From NCBI RefSeq assembly GCF_900103085.1, contig NZ_FMWR01000017.1:88040-128039 (forward strand): a DNA stretch of 40,000 nt. The letters are read 5' to 3'. This DNA is from Gilliamella mensalis. Its GTDB lineage: Bacteria; Pseudomonadota; Gammaproteobacteria; Enterobacterales; Orbaceae. Below, in pieces: positions 22,446 through 31,712 of the stretch. Position numbers and translations under genes: made by a program. How positions within the stretch are numbered: position 1 is the stretch's first letter; the number at the start of each line of letters is the position of its first letter. The notes beneath the pieces are model-generated. The model worked only from the letters and a program-made list of their open reading frames with translations. It did not search any database and was not told where the DNA came from.

Positions 22446-22467
22446 TTCAACTCCCAGTAGCCCCACT
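22446..22467 (+). repeat. Degenerate third copy of the ssrA att core
   Basis: TTCAACTCCCAGTAGCCCCACT compared with TTCAACTCCCGCCAGCTCCACC: the first 10 positions are identical, and 7 of the next 11 match. Confidence 0.4.
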
Positions 22468-22522
22468 GTAAATATTCACCAAAAATAGTACAGCAAAAAA
22501 TAGAAAATAATCTATTATAAAC
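22467..22522 (+). mobile_element. Solo terminal fragment (~55 bp) of the same IS3-family element
   Basis: TGTAAATATTCACCAAAAATAGTACAGCAAAAAATAGAAA aligns with the orfA-proximal end of the full copy read inward from 2868 (TGTAACTACCCCCTAAAATAGTACAGCAAAAAAGTAGAAA). Confidence 0.55.
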
Positions 22523-22873
22523 CTACTCGTGTATTGATTAATTCAGAGGAATTATTATCATCATTATAGTTGGATGCAGTTTTGGACTTTTTAAATTTTA
22601 ACGAAAAATAACTATAGTGATAGTGGCTGGGCAAAGGGGGGATGTGAATCTCTTTTTTTGCGTAATTTATTTAATAATAATTAAGCTTTAATTCGTTATT
22701 GATTTTATCTCATCGCTATTTTATTCAACTAATACAAGGTACTATCTGCTAAAATCAAACCACTTAATAAATTAAAAAAACAATTAAATCAAATAGATAT
22801 TTTATAGTGGTAACAGTTTTTTGCATTTGTAGCAACAATGAATGAGGTGACTAAGTAAATATTTTACTGACAT

Positions 22874-22897
22874 AAAAAAACCTGCTATAAGCAGGTT
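22874..22897 (-). terminator. Rho-independent terminator of tRNA-Asn
   Basis: The minus strand reads AACCTGC-TTATA-GCAGGTT followed by TTTTT. Confidence 0.8.
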
Positions 22898-22913
22898 CTA
22901 AGAATTCTAAAAT

Positions 22914-22989
22914 TGGCTCCTCCAACAGGACTTGAACCTGTGACATACGGATTAACAGTCCGCCGTTCTACCGACTGAACTATGGAGGA
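22914..22989 (-). tRNA. tRNA-Asn (anticodon GTT)
   Basis: The reverse complement TCCTCCATAGTTCAGTCGGTAGAACGGCGGACTGTTAATCCGTATGTCACAGGTTCAAGTCCTGTTGGAGGAGCCA is 76 nt and near-identical to E. coli tRNA-Asn as I recall it. CCA is encoded. Confidence 0.95.
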
Positions 22990-23005
22990 ACACTTAACAG
23001 GCAGA

Positions 23006-23034
23006 ATATTAACTATCTATAACAACAATGTCAA
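23006..23034 (-). promoter_or_regulatory. Sigma-70 promoter of tRNA-Asn (TTGACA-17 nt-TAATAT)
   Basis: The minus strand has -35 TTGACA (23029-23034) and -10 TAATAT (23006-23011). The tRNA 5' end lies about 17 nt downstream of the -10. Confidence 0.6.
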
Positions 23035-23134
23035 TCTATAAAACACCAAATAGAATCAACTGCTCAGCTTGTAAGCAAATCAGGCGATTACTGTGTTAAA
23101 ATAATGAGTAAGTGACATAACAGGTAGAATAAAA

Positions 23135-23713
23135 TTGATGAAAAAAAATATTTGTGTTTTTTGTGGTGCAAGTGAAGGAAGCCGCCTAGAATACCGGACT
23201 CATGCTGAACAATTAGGTAAAATATTAGCGGAGCAACACAGGCGTTTAATCTATGGTGGTGGTAATAAAGGCTTAATGGGTATTATTGCTAATGCAGTCT
23301 TAGCTCATGGAGGCGAGGTGATTGGTATTATCCCTGAACGTTTAGTCAAAGCCGAAACGGCTCACCACGGTATCACTCGTTTAGAAGTGGTAGATAATAT
23401 GCATCAGCGCAAAGCAAGACTGTCTGAACTTGCCGATGGCTTTATTGCAATGCCGGGCGGAACAGGTACGCTAGAAGAGGTTTTTGAAGTCTGGACGGGT
23501 ATGCAAATTGGTTATCACGAAAAGCCGGTTGCTTTATTTAATCCAGCTGAATTTTGGCAGCCTATGCTCAATTTTTTACAACATGCTGTGAACGAGGGGT
23601 TTGTTCGAGATAGTTTTTATAAAACATTAATCGTTTCGGAAGATCCGAAATTGATGCTACAACAAATAGATCACTTTATTCCTAGAGATTTACAACGTTG
23701 GATAAAAAAATAA
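23135..23713 (+). CDS. LOG-family protein (TIGR00730 / cytokinin riboside 5'-monophosphate phosphoribohydrolase-like)
   Basis: ICVFCGAS...LIYGGGNKGLMG...RKARLSELADGFIAMPGGTGTLEEVFE carries the PGGxGTxxE motif. The ATG at 23138 is the likelier start; 23135 is TTG. Confidence 0.85.
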   Translation: MMKKNICVFCGASEGSRLEYRTHAEQLGKILAEQHRRLIYGGGNKGLMGIIANAVLAHGGEVIGIIPERLVKAETAHHGITRLEVVDNMHQRKARLSELADGFIAMPGGTGTLEEVFEVWTGMQIGYHEKPVALFNPAEFWQPMLNFLQHAVNEGFVRDSFYKTLIVSEDPKLMLQQIDHFIPRDLQRWIKK

Positions 23714-23725
23714 CGTATTGATGAT

Positions 23726-23761
23726 AAAAAAAGCGCCATCATTTGATGGCGCTTTTTTTTA
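23726..23761. terminator. Bidirectional rho-independent terminator between the LOG gene and fruA
   Basis: AAAAAA-AGCGCCATCA-TT-TGATGGCGCT-TTTTTTTT, a 10-bp stem flanked by A- and T-runs. Confidence 0.85.
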
Positions 23762-23775
23762 TTTATATTTCAGAA

Positions 23776-25467
23776 TTAAGCTACAGTTGTAGATTCTAAC
23801 TCTGGTTGTTTAATAAGTGCATAAGCTACACCAGCAATAACAGAACCAGCCACAATAGATAACAAGTAGCCACCTACTGGTTTAACCACGCCAGGAATGG
23901 CTAAAGCAAATAACCCTCCATGTGGCGTCATTAATGTTGAACCAAAAGCTAACGCCATGCCACCTGTAATTGCGCCACCGATGATACAACATGGGATTAC
24001 ACGTAAAGGATCGCGAGCAGCAAATGGAATTGCCCCTTCCGAGATAAAGCATAAACCTAATACCAATGAAGCTTTACCACTTTCTTGTTCAGTTTTAGCA
24101 AATTTTTTGCTTGCAATGAGTGTTGCAATGCCCATCGCTAAAGGTGGAACCATACCGCCCGCCATAACTGCCGCCATTGGGGCATAAACTTGTGCTGAAA
24201 TTAAACCTGTACCAAATGCATAAGCAACCTTATTAATTGGCCCACCCATATCAGTACACATCATTCCGCCTAAAATAGCCCCCAATATAACAGCATTGGC
24301 TGTACCCATTGAATTTAACCATACTGTTACAACGTTCATTAACCATGCAATCGGGGTACCAACAATAAATTGCATCACAAGACCTGTAATAAGCGTTGCA
24401 AATAGTGGTACGATTAGTATTGGCTTTAATGCCTCTAGCGTTTTTGGTAATGGTAAATATTTTGTGATTAATAACGCCAAATAACCTGCAAAATAACCAA
24501 TAATAATCCCACCTAAAAAGCCTGCGCCAGTCGATACGGCAAGTAAACCACCCACAAGCCCCGGTGCAAGCCCAGGTCTATCCGCAATAGAATAAGCAAT
24601 ATAACCTGAAAGCAATGGCACCATCAGTGAGAAAGCAAGCCCTCCAATTTGAGCTAAATGCGGTTCACCAATTAATTTTTGCACCCCGTCAACCATTTCA
24701 AACGAACCAAAAGCAAATGAAAGCGCAATAATCAAACCACCTGCAACCACCATTGGTAACATGTAAGATACGCCGGTTAATAGATGTTGATAAACACCTT
24801 TTTTATCATTGCTTGATTCAGTTTTTGCAGCATTTGCTGGCTGATAAACCGTTGCTTCTTCAAATGCTTTATCAAATTCTTGTGCTGTTTTTTTCAGGGC
24901 TGGTCCTGTTTTGGTGCGATAAAGTTTTTTACCTGTAAATTTGCTTAAGTCGACATCGATATCGCAAGCTGCGATAACTACATCGGCAGAAGCGACTTCT
25001 TCTGGTGTTAATTCATTGCCAACACCGACTGAACCACGAGTTTCAACTTTACACCACCAACCCCGTTTTTTGGCTTCTTCTTCAATCGCTTCTGCCGCCA
25101 TAAAGGTATGTGCAACCCCGGTTGGACAAGCAGTAACAGCAACAATGCGTTTTATACCATTATTTGGCGTTGATGTTGGTGCCTCCTCAGCAGATTGTTC
25201 ATAAACACTCGCTTTACTTTGTGCATCAGTTAAAATCTGTTTTGGATTAGCAAAAAGCTGATTTAAGTCTTCAACAACATACACTTTTTTACCCACCACT
25301 GATTTATCACTAATGGTCCCCGAACCGACAGCAACAATAACATCTGCTGATGCCGCATTTTCAACTACGTTTAAATTTAAGGCATTTGCCGCTAAAGCTA
25401 ATTCTGCTTTAGCTAAACGTCCATTAACTGGACCTGCATGACTACCTTCAATAATATATATATTCAT
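23776..25467 (-). CDS. fruA: PTS fructose-specific EIIB'BC component
   Basis: 563 aa. N-terminal IIB-like domains (VAVTACPTGVAHTFMAAE) are followed by a polytopic IIC domain. It is the last gene of a fruB-fruK-fruA operon. Confidence 0.9.
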   Translation of the reverse strand: MNIYIIEGSHAGPVNGRLAKAELALAANALNLNVVENAASADVIVAVGSGTISDKSVVGKKVYVVEDLNQLFANPKQILTDAQSKASVYEQSAEEAPTSTPNNGIKRIVAVTACPTGVAHTFMAAEAIEEEAKKRGWWCKVETRGSVGVGNELTPEEVASADVVIAACDIDVDLSKFTGKKLYRTKTGPALKKTAQEFDKAFEEATVYQPANAAKTESSNDKKGVYQHLLTGVSYMLPMVVAGGLIIALSFAFGSFEMVDGVQKLIGEPHLAQIGGLAFSLMVPLLSGYIAYSIADRPGLAPGLVGGLLAVSTGAGFLGGIIIGYFAGYLALLITKYLPLPKTLEALKPILIVPLFATLITGLVMQFIVGTPIAWLMNVVTVWLNSMGTANAVILGAILGGMMCTDMGGPINKVAYAFGTGLISAQVYAPMAAVMAGGMVPPLAMGIATLIASKKFAKTEQESGKASLVLGLCFISEGAIPFAARDPLRVIPCCIIGGAITGGMALAFGSTLMTPHGGLFALAIPGVVKPVGGYLLSIVAGSVIAGVAYALIKQPELESTTVA

Positions 25468-25476
25468 GAATACTCC

Positions 25477-26412
25477 TTATGCAGCAATTATTTCAATTTT
25501 TTCTAGCATATTATTTACAGCTTGGCGCTCAGCGATACCCACACCAGCCTGTCCAACCGATAAAGCTGCAACACTTGATGCAAATACTAAAGTGTCTTTA
25601 ATTGATTGCTCAGTGATTAAACCATATATTAAACCAGCGACCATTGAATCACCGGCACCCACAGTGCTAACTACTTGGCATTTAGGTGGTTTTGCTAACC
25701 ATGCTTCATTTTTAGTGACCCATAATGCACCTTTACTTCCAAGCGAAATAATGACATTGTCAACGCCACCATTAACTAATTCCATAGCAGCATTTTTTAC
25801 ATCATCGAATGTAGATAATTTGCGACCTATCCACATTTCGAGCTCTTTATCATTTGGTTTGATTAACCATGGTTTTGCTTTTAATCCTGCGACCAATGCA
25901 TCTCGACTACTATCGAATACAATTTTTGGACAAATCGCTTTAACTTGTTCCATCCAATTTGTAAATTTATCAAGTGATACTCCAGCAGGTAAACTACCGC
26001 TAATAGCAACCATATCAATGTCTTTTAACCATTCAAGCGAGTTTTTTACAAAGCTTTGCCAGTCTTGCTCACTAATAGTAAAGCCAGAAAAATTTAGATC
26101 GGTCACTTCGCTATTTTCTTCGGTTAATTTGACATTAATACGTGTACGACCGTCAATTGTTTCAAATTTATCAACCACATTTAATGATTTAAATAATAAA
26201 TTAAAGCCATCACGGTTTTCTTTACCTAAAAAACCACCAACAGTTAATTGAACATCTAAATCCGACAAAACTTTAGCAACATTGATGCCTTTACCAGCAG
26301 CTAGTAATGCATTGGTTTGAACTAAATTAACATCGCCAAGCTCTACTTTTGGGCAAAAACCTAAAAGATCATAAGCAGGATTTAAGGTGATTGTTGCAAT
26401 ACGATAAGTCAT
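25477..26412 (-). CDS. fruK: 1-phosphofructokinase
   Basis: 311 aa of the PfkB family (TITLNPAYD...GKGINVA...VSTVGAGDSMVAG), located between fruB and fruA. Confidence 0.9.
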   Translation of the reverse strand: MTYRIATITLNPAYDLLGFCPKVELGDVNLVQTNALLAAGKGINVAKVLSDLDVQLTVGGFLGKENRDGFNLLFKSLNVVDKFETIDGRTRINVKLTEENSEVTDLNFSGFTISEQDWQSFVKNSLEWLKDIDMVAISGSLPAGVSLDKFTNWMEQVKAICPKIVFDSSRDALVAGLKAKPWLIKPNDKELEMWIGRKLSTFDDVKNAAMELVNGGVDNVIISLGSKGALWVTKNEAWLAKPPKCQVVSTVGAGDSMVAGLIYGLITEQSIKDTLVFASSVAALSVGQAGVGIAERQAVNNMLEKIEIIAA

Positions 26413-27618
26413 TTAAACACCCTCACCTAAACCGCTTTCAATCGCTTTGCCAATTGCTTCAAGCGCTTGTTCGGCATCGTCACCAACGGCGGTAAATTGT
26501 AATCGACTGCCTTTTTTGGCACCTAGCGCAACAATTTTCATTAAGCTCGTTGCACTTACTGCTTCACCTTTACCATCTAAATTAGCAACGGTGACTTTAC
26601 TGTTAAATTCTTTAACGAGTTTAACTAAAACAGACGATGGACGAGTATGTAAACCATTCTCGTTAGGAATAATAAATTCTCGACTTAATGATTCATTATT
26701 CGATTCAGTAGCTGTCGACTCATTTGTAGAGGTCGATTGCATTTCTGATTTATCAGCACCTCCTGTCGTTTCAGAGCCAGATAAAAGAAGATTGATAAAC
26801 CCATCGCTATTTGCTGATAATAGTAATGCTAATTTTTGGTTAAACACTAAAGTTGCAATGTTATTTACAACGTCAGAAACAGAATCATCAACGACTGACA
26901 TGGTGATAAGTAACTTAACTGGCTTACCATCTTCATTAAGATTACTAGTGGTACGACTAATTGCTATAGCATTTTTTAAATTACCTTCTTTACTATCATT
27001 TAACCAAACACCATCACCTAGATAAGTAGGTTTATTATCTAATACTTCAGTAATAAAACTTGTATTGACAGCATTTTGCTGTTTTAAACGCGATGCATTT
27101 AATGCTTGTAGTGTTGATAAACTATCAGCAGGAATATCCAATAATAATGCAGATTCATTTACTGTGAATTGACTATCTTCTAGACTTGTTTTGCCGGTTA
27201 AAATGGCAATTGCTTCGTCCGCCGATTGAATTTTTCTGATGCGCTCCTCTACCCCATCAGCCCCAAGTACGTGAGTTAGTTGACGAAGTAATTCTAGATG
27301 CTCATCAGAGCTTGCTGCAATACCAATTGCAAGATAGGCCTTTTCACCATCATCCCCCCATTCAACACCATTAGGAAAACAAAATACTTGTACCCCTGTT
27401 TTTTTGACCAAATGACGTGTTTTTGTTGTGCCATGGGGAATAGCAAGACCGATACCTAAATATGTCGCCGCTTGAGCTTCTCGTTCAAGCATGCCATCGA
27501 CATAACCTTCTTCAACAAATCCTGCACTCGTTAAGGCTGTAGCAATTTTTTTTATCGCTTCAGTTTTATTGGTAGCTTGTTCATTTAAATGAATGTTTTC
27601 TTTAACTAAATGAAACAT
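26413..27618 (-). CDS. fruB: PTS fructose EIIA / FPr (HPr-like) fusion protein
   Basis: 401 aa. The N-terminal EIIA (GLAIPHGT) is followed by a Ser/Thr/Asn/Glu-rich linker. The C-terminal HPr-like domain reads NENGLHTRPSSVLVKLVKEF. Confidence 0.88.
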   Translation of the reverse strand: MFHLVKENIHLNEQATNKTEAIKKIATALTSAGFVEEGYVDGMLEREAQAATYLGIGLAIPHGTTKTRHLVKKTGVQVFCFPNGVEWGDDGEKAYLAIGIAASSDEHLELLRQLTHVLGADGVEERIRKIQSADEAIAILTGKTSLEDSQFTVNESALLLDIPADSLSTLQALNASRLKQQNAVNTSFITEVLDNKPTYLGDGVWLNDSKEGNLKNAIAISRTTSNLNEDGKPVKLLITMSVVDDSVSDVVNNIATLVFNQKLALLLSANSDGFINLLLSGSETTGGADKSEMQSTSTNESTATESNNESLSREFIIPNENGLHTRPSSVLVKLVKEFNSKVTVANLDGKGEAVSATSLMKIVALGAKKGSRLQFTAVGDDAEQALEAIGKAIESGLGEGV

Positions 27619-27695
27619 ATAATAAATACCTCTGGGTTAAAATGTTGGGTCGACTAAATTGACTCAGCCAATATAAATCCTTGAATTAACATTAT

Positions 27696-27709
27696 TGAAT
27701 CGTTTCAGC
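27696..27709. promoter_or_regulatory. Cra (FruR) operator in the fruB leader
   Basis: The minus strand GCTGAAACGATTCA matches the Cra consensus GCTGAAACGTTTCA at 13 of 14 positions and sits directly downstream of the putative -10. Confidence 0.75.
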
Positions 27710-27710
27710 A

Positions 27711-27739
27711 ATAATGAATAAATTAACATTAATTATCAA
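27711..27739 (-). promoter_or_regulatory. Putative fruB promoter (TTGATA-17 nt-CATTAT)
   Basis: On the minus strand the -35 is at 27734-27739 and the -10 at 27711-27716. Confidence 0.5.
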
Positions 27740-27836
27740 ATAAATTATGTCTATTGATAAGTAATTTGTGATCTGGATCTTATTTTTTATTTAAACTATT
27801 TTAAAACTAATATTACTTTTGGTGCCTATCAATATC

Positions 27837-28841
27837 TTAACGGCTTAAGCTACCTCGATAGATCAATCTCCTCGGAATTATTGTCGTACCCGATTGGTAA
27901 TTTTCATTATGCAAATAGTTTAAAAACAGTTTCATTGTTATATTCGCAACTTCTTTATGATCTTGTGCAAGCGATATGACATTACATGGTAAAAAATCTA
28001 ACAACTCATTATCGCCAAAGGTAGCAATAGTTAAAGTATCGGGTAAATGTCCAAATTTTCTTAAAATTGCATCAATACTTCCTTGTAATAAAGAAAAGGA
28101 AGTAGTAAAAATGCCATTAGGCATCTCATGACTTTCTAACCATTGGCTAAAGGCAAAATCAGCATCTTGACGACTATAGTTATTTGCATATAAAAAATCA
28201 ATTTTATTGCAATTATTAAGCTGGATATCTTGAAAGCCATCTAGACGAAGTTGACTAACAGACAAGTCTGGTAAAGCCCCAATATAAACCGCTGAATCTT
28301 CTACAAAATTATTAAATGCTTTGGCTAGTGATTTAGAATCCTGTCTATCCGCCCCTACAATATTTCTAAATTTAGAGATGGATAATATTCTATCAAGTGC
28401 AAATAATGGGATCTTTTCGTTTTGCCAGCTATCATAAAAAAGATAATCCTGAGTAGAAACAAATGACGATGAAATAATTAAAGCATCTACTCGGCGTTGC
28501 TGAAGATGCTTAACGCACTCTTTTTCGATGTGTGGATTATCTTCTGAACATGCAAGTAATAACTGATATCCTTCTTTTCTTACCAGCTGTTCTAAATAAT
28601 TAGCGATGCGGGTATAACTGTTGTTTTCTAAATCAGGAATAATAAAACCGATAGTACGGGTTTTACCGGCTCTAAGTCCTGCTGCTACGGCATTAGGTTG
28701 GTAATTATGCGCTTTTACCACCGACATGACTTTTTCAACTGTTTTGTCACTCACGCGATACTTTTTGGCTTTTCCATTAATCACATAACTCGCTGTTGTT
28801 CTTGAAACACCCGCCAAAAGAGCGATTTGTTCTAATTTCAT
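27837..28841 (-). CDS. cra: Catabolite repressor/activator Cra (FruR), LacI family
   Basis: MKLEQIALLAGVSRTTASYVINGKAKKYRVSDKTVEKVMSVVKAHNYQPNAVAAGLRAGKTRTIGFIIPDLENNSYTRIA is nearly colinear with E. coli Cra. Confidence 0.92.
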   Translation of the reverse strand: MKLEQIALLAGVSRTTASYVINGKAKKYRVSDKTVEKVMSVVKAHNYQPNAVAAGLRAGKTRTIGFIIPDLENNSYTRIANYLEQLVRKEGYQLLLACSEDNPHIEKECVKHLQQRRVDALIISSSFVSTQDYLFYDSWQNEKIPLFALDRILSISKFRNIVGADRQDSKSLAKAFNNFVEDSAVYIGALPDLSVSQLRLDGFQDIQLNNCNKIDFLYANNYSRQDADFAFSQWLESHEMPNGIFTTSFSLLQGSIDAILRKFGHLPDTLTIATFGDNELLDFLPCNVISLAQDHKEVANITMKLFLNYLHNENYQSGTTIIPRRLIYRGSLSR

Positions 28842-28979
28842 AACACTATCTCAGCTAAAATATAGTTAGTTATTTAACCTGAATCAGAATAATTTGTAAA
28901 TACTGATTCTAATGTCTACTCAATAAGTTAGCTATATTTTACGTTTTGCAAAAAGCCTAAATACAAAAAGGGTTGATCC

Positions 28980-29007
28980 AAAAAAATAGGATTTCGCAAA
29001 ATCCTAT
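28980..29007 (-). terminator. Rho-independent terminator after the iron ABC transporter operon
   Basis: The minus strand reads ATAGGATT-TTGCGA-AATCCTAT followed by TTTTTTT. Confidence 0.7.
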
Positions 29008-29031
29008 CAATAACAATAAGTACATTAGTCA

Positions 29032-29787
29032 CTAGTAATAAATAGCAATATTTTGATCATGGACATTTTCAATTTTGACTGGAGTATCAAATATATCTTC
29101 TAAAATAGTCGCATTCATAATTTGTTGAGGGCTACCTTGGTATATTAGTTCGCCATTTTTCATGGCTAAAATGTAATCAGAATACACAGATGCAAAGTTG
29201 ATATCATGAATAACAATCACAATTGTTTTACCCAGTTCATCGGCAGCACGGCGCAACTGTTTCATCATAGCAACAGCATGTTTCATATCGAGATTATTGA
29301 GCGGTTCATCAAGTAATACATATTCAGTATCTTGGCAAAGTACCATGGCAACATAGGCTCGTTGTCGTTGCCCACCTGATAATTCATCTAAAAAACGATC
29401 TTTATATTCGGTAAGATTTAAAAAATCAAGGGCACGATGAATATGGTTATAATCATCAGCATTTAATCGACCTTTGGTATAAGGGTAGCGTCCAAACCCG
29501 ACTAACTCGAAGACAGTCAATCTACTGGTAAAACGGTTTTCCTGCCTTAATACGGATAAATAGGTGGCAAGTTTATCACTCGGTGTATTTACAACATCCA
29601 TATTTTGGATTTTAACTTGCCCTTCGTCAGCTAATAAAAGTCGACTGATAATCGATAGTAACGTCGATTTACCCGCACCATTTGGACCAATAATGGCAGT
29701 AATGCCGCCTTGTGAAATGGTCGCACTGACATTTTTTAGTACAGGTATTGTTTGATAGTTTTTACTAACATTAGCAATTTTTATCAC
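29032..29787 (-). CDS. Iron-siderophore ABC transporter ATP-binding protein
   Basis: 251 aa. GPNGAGKSTLL is Walker A, LSGGQRQR is the signature, and VLLDEP is Walker B. It is the last gene of a binding-protein / permease / permease / ATPase operon (VctPDGC/YclNOPQ-like layout). Confidence 0.88.
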   Translation of the reverse strand: MIKIANVSKNYQTIPVLKNVSATISQGGITAIIGPNGAGKSTLLSIISRLLLADEGQVKIQNMDVVNTPSDKLATYLSVLRQENRFTSRLTVFELVGFGRYPYTKGRLNADDYNHIHRALDFLNLTEYKDRFLDELSGGQRQRAYVAMVLCQDTEYVLLDEPLNNLDMKHAVAMMKQLRRAADELGKTIVIVIHDINFASVYSDYILAMKNGELIYQGSPQQIMNATILEDIFDTPVKIENVHDQNIAIYY

Positions 29788-30755
29788 ATCCTAACCTTTT
29801 TCAATAATAAGAAAATAAACAAAGAACCACCAATAAATTCGATCACAATGGATAATGCACCAACCATATTTAATACTCGCTCTAAGAGCATTTGCCCACC
29901 AACAAGAAAAATAACACCTAATAAAAAAGCAGTAGGGAGTAAAAAACGATGTTGGCTTGATCCACTAATACTATAAGCTAAATTAGCAATTAAAAGACCT
30001 AAGAACGTAAACGGTCCAACTAATGCTGTTGATATCGACACCAAAACAGAGACTAGCAACAAAATAATAGTGATATTTTTTTGGTAATCAATACCTAAAT
30101 TTATTGCATTATCACGCCCCAAAGCTAGCACATCAAACTTAAATCGCATTCGCCATAAAAATAGACCAATAATAGTTGTAATCACCAATGAAAAGATGAT
30201 CAATATAGGCTCTGCGCGTGTAAATGTCGCAAAAATACGACTTTGTAGCACAGCAAATTCAGACGGCGTCATCAAACGCTGCAATAAATTAGAAAAACTA
30301 CGGAATAATGTACCTAAAATGATACCGATTAATAACACCAAATGTAAGTTTTGCTTGAGCTTAGTAAATAAACCTCGATACAAAAATAGAGAGAATAAGA
30401 TTAATAACAGTGATTCAACTATAAATTTGCCAACAATACCGATATAAGGAATGCCTTGTGAATCAATAAAAAAGATCACAACAGTTTGAATGAGTACAAA
30501 TAGAGATTCAAACCCCATAATTGAAGGAGTTAAAATTCTATTATTAGTGATCGTTTGAAAAAGCAATGTTGATGTTGCTGCCGAAAAAGCAACTAAAATC
30601 ATAGTTAGCATAATCCATGTTCGATGGATCAAAATGTAACTGATATTGCCCTTTAGGCCAAAGACCATAAAGCAAATTACGCAAATTAGCGCAATAATAA
30701 ACAATAAAAATACTCTTTTTTGGCATAAACAATGGCGTTTTTGGCTAACTAACAT
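29784..30755 (-). CDS. Iron-siderophore ABC transporter permease (FecCD family)
   Basis: 323 aa, polytopic. It overlaps both neighbours by a few nt. The true start may be internal. Confidence 0.82.
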   Translation of the reverse strand: MLVSQKRHCLCQKRVFLLFIIALICVICFMVFGLKGNISYILIHRTWIMLTMILVAFSAATSTLLFQTITNNRILTPSIMGFESLFVLIQTVVIFFIDSQGIPYIGIVGKFIVESLLLILFSLFLYRGLFTKLKQNLHLVLLIGIILGTLFRSFSNLLQRLMTPSEFAVLQSRIFATFTRAEPILIIFSLVITTIIGLFLWRMRFKFDVLALGRDNAINLGIDYQKNITIILLLVSVLVSISTALVGPFTFLGLLIANLAYSISGSSQHRFLLPTAFLLGVIFLVGGQMLLERVLNMVGALSIVIEFIGGSLFIFLLLKKVRM

Positions 30756-31704
30756 GGCGTTTTCGACTCAACAATATTAAAAAAATAATAGCACCAACTA
30801 CACCAAGAATTACGCTAACAGGAATTTCAAAAGGATAGCGAATAATACGTCCAATAATATCGCAAATTAAAACTAATCCACTACCAAATAAACAGATCCA
30901 TGGAATGGTTTTACGGACGTTATCACCAAATAATAAACTAACAATATTGGGCACAATCAATCCTAAAAATGGTAAAACGCCAACTACCACAACAACAATA
31001 CCACCGATTAATGCAATAACAATCAGTCCAGTCAACATAACACGGCGATAATTAAGTCCCACATTGATCGAAAAATCTCGACCCAATCCGGCCACAGTAA
31101 ATTGATCTGCGCTCCAACAAGCGAGTAATGTCAATCCACCGACCAGCCATAATAGCTCATAACGACCTTGTAAAATGCCAGAAAAATCACCTGATTCCCA
31201 ACCACCCAGTGATTGTAACAAATCAAAATACATAGCAAAAAATGTGGTAATTGCGCTAATAACAGATCCTAACATAATACCAATAAGTGGTACCATCAAA
31301 GTGGATTTAAAAATTACTTTTCGAGAAATTGCCATAAAAATCATTGTACCAATCATGGCAAATAAGCTGGCAATAACCATTTTAGTCATAACACTTGCGC
31401 CAGGTGCTAAAACCATCATTACTAATAAGCCAAGACTAGCAGATTGAGTTGTACCAACCAAAGAGGGTTCAACAAATCGATTTTGTGTTAGCAGTTGCAT
31501 AATTAAACCAGCAACACTCATAGCACTGCCAGCTAATAATAAAGCAGCTGTTCTAGGTACGCGGCTTACAAAAAAAATCTCGCGCATATTGCTATCTGAC
31601 CACAGTTCAAATAGCGTTACATGCCCTGCACCAATAAATAGACTTATTGCAGTCATTATCAATAAAATGAAAATGCCTGCAATAAAATAAAACGACTTAA
31701 CCAT
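30745..31704 (-). CDS. Iron-siderophore ABC transporter permease (FecCD family)
   Basis: 319 aa, polytopic, with the typical GAG..LF...S motif region and a C-terminal GVVGAIIFLILL. Confidence 0.85.
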   Translation of the reverse strand: MVKSFYFIAGIFILLIMTAISLFIGAGHVTLFELWSDSNMREIFFVSRVPRTAALLLAGSAMSVAGLIMQLLTQNRFVEPSLVGTTQSASLGLLVMMVLAPGASVMTKMVIASLFAMIGTMIFMAISRKVIFKSTLMVPLIGIMLGSVISAITTFFAMYFDLLQSLGGWESGDFSGILQGRYELLWLVGGLTLLACWSADQFTVAGLGRDFSINVGLNYRRVMLTGLIVIALIGGIVVVVVGVLPFLGLIVPNIVSLLFGDNVRKTIPWICLFGSGLVLICDIIGRIIRYPFEIPVSVILGVVGAIIFLILLSRKRHVS

Positions 31705-31712
31705 GAGTCACA

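Larger units (their letters stand above)
18097..22466. mobile_element. Decayed second genomic island in tandem at ssrA
   Basis: It starts at the ssrA-repeat copy with a P4-type integrase pseudogene. It contains IS relics and a defence-like gene pair. It ends at a degenerate copy of the att core (22446-22467; 17 of 21 positions). Confidence 0.5.

Noticed and set aside
23897-27025. Plus-strand ORFs inside fruA, fruK and fruB (23897-24187, 24296-24484, 24753-25204, 25466-26251, 26447-27025)
   Set aside because: They lie entirely antisense to strongly supported fru genes. They have low-complexity Ser/Thr/Ala/Pro-rich translations and no RBS, which marks them as typical shadow ORFs.
28881-28909. 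Inverted repeat GAATCAG-N15-CTGATTC upstream of cra as a second Cra operator
   Set aside because: It matches the Cra half-site only weakly, with mismatches at the flanking R/S positions and the wrong spacing. It may be a weak hairpin, and there is not enough evidence to call it.
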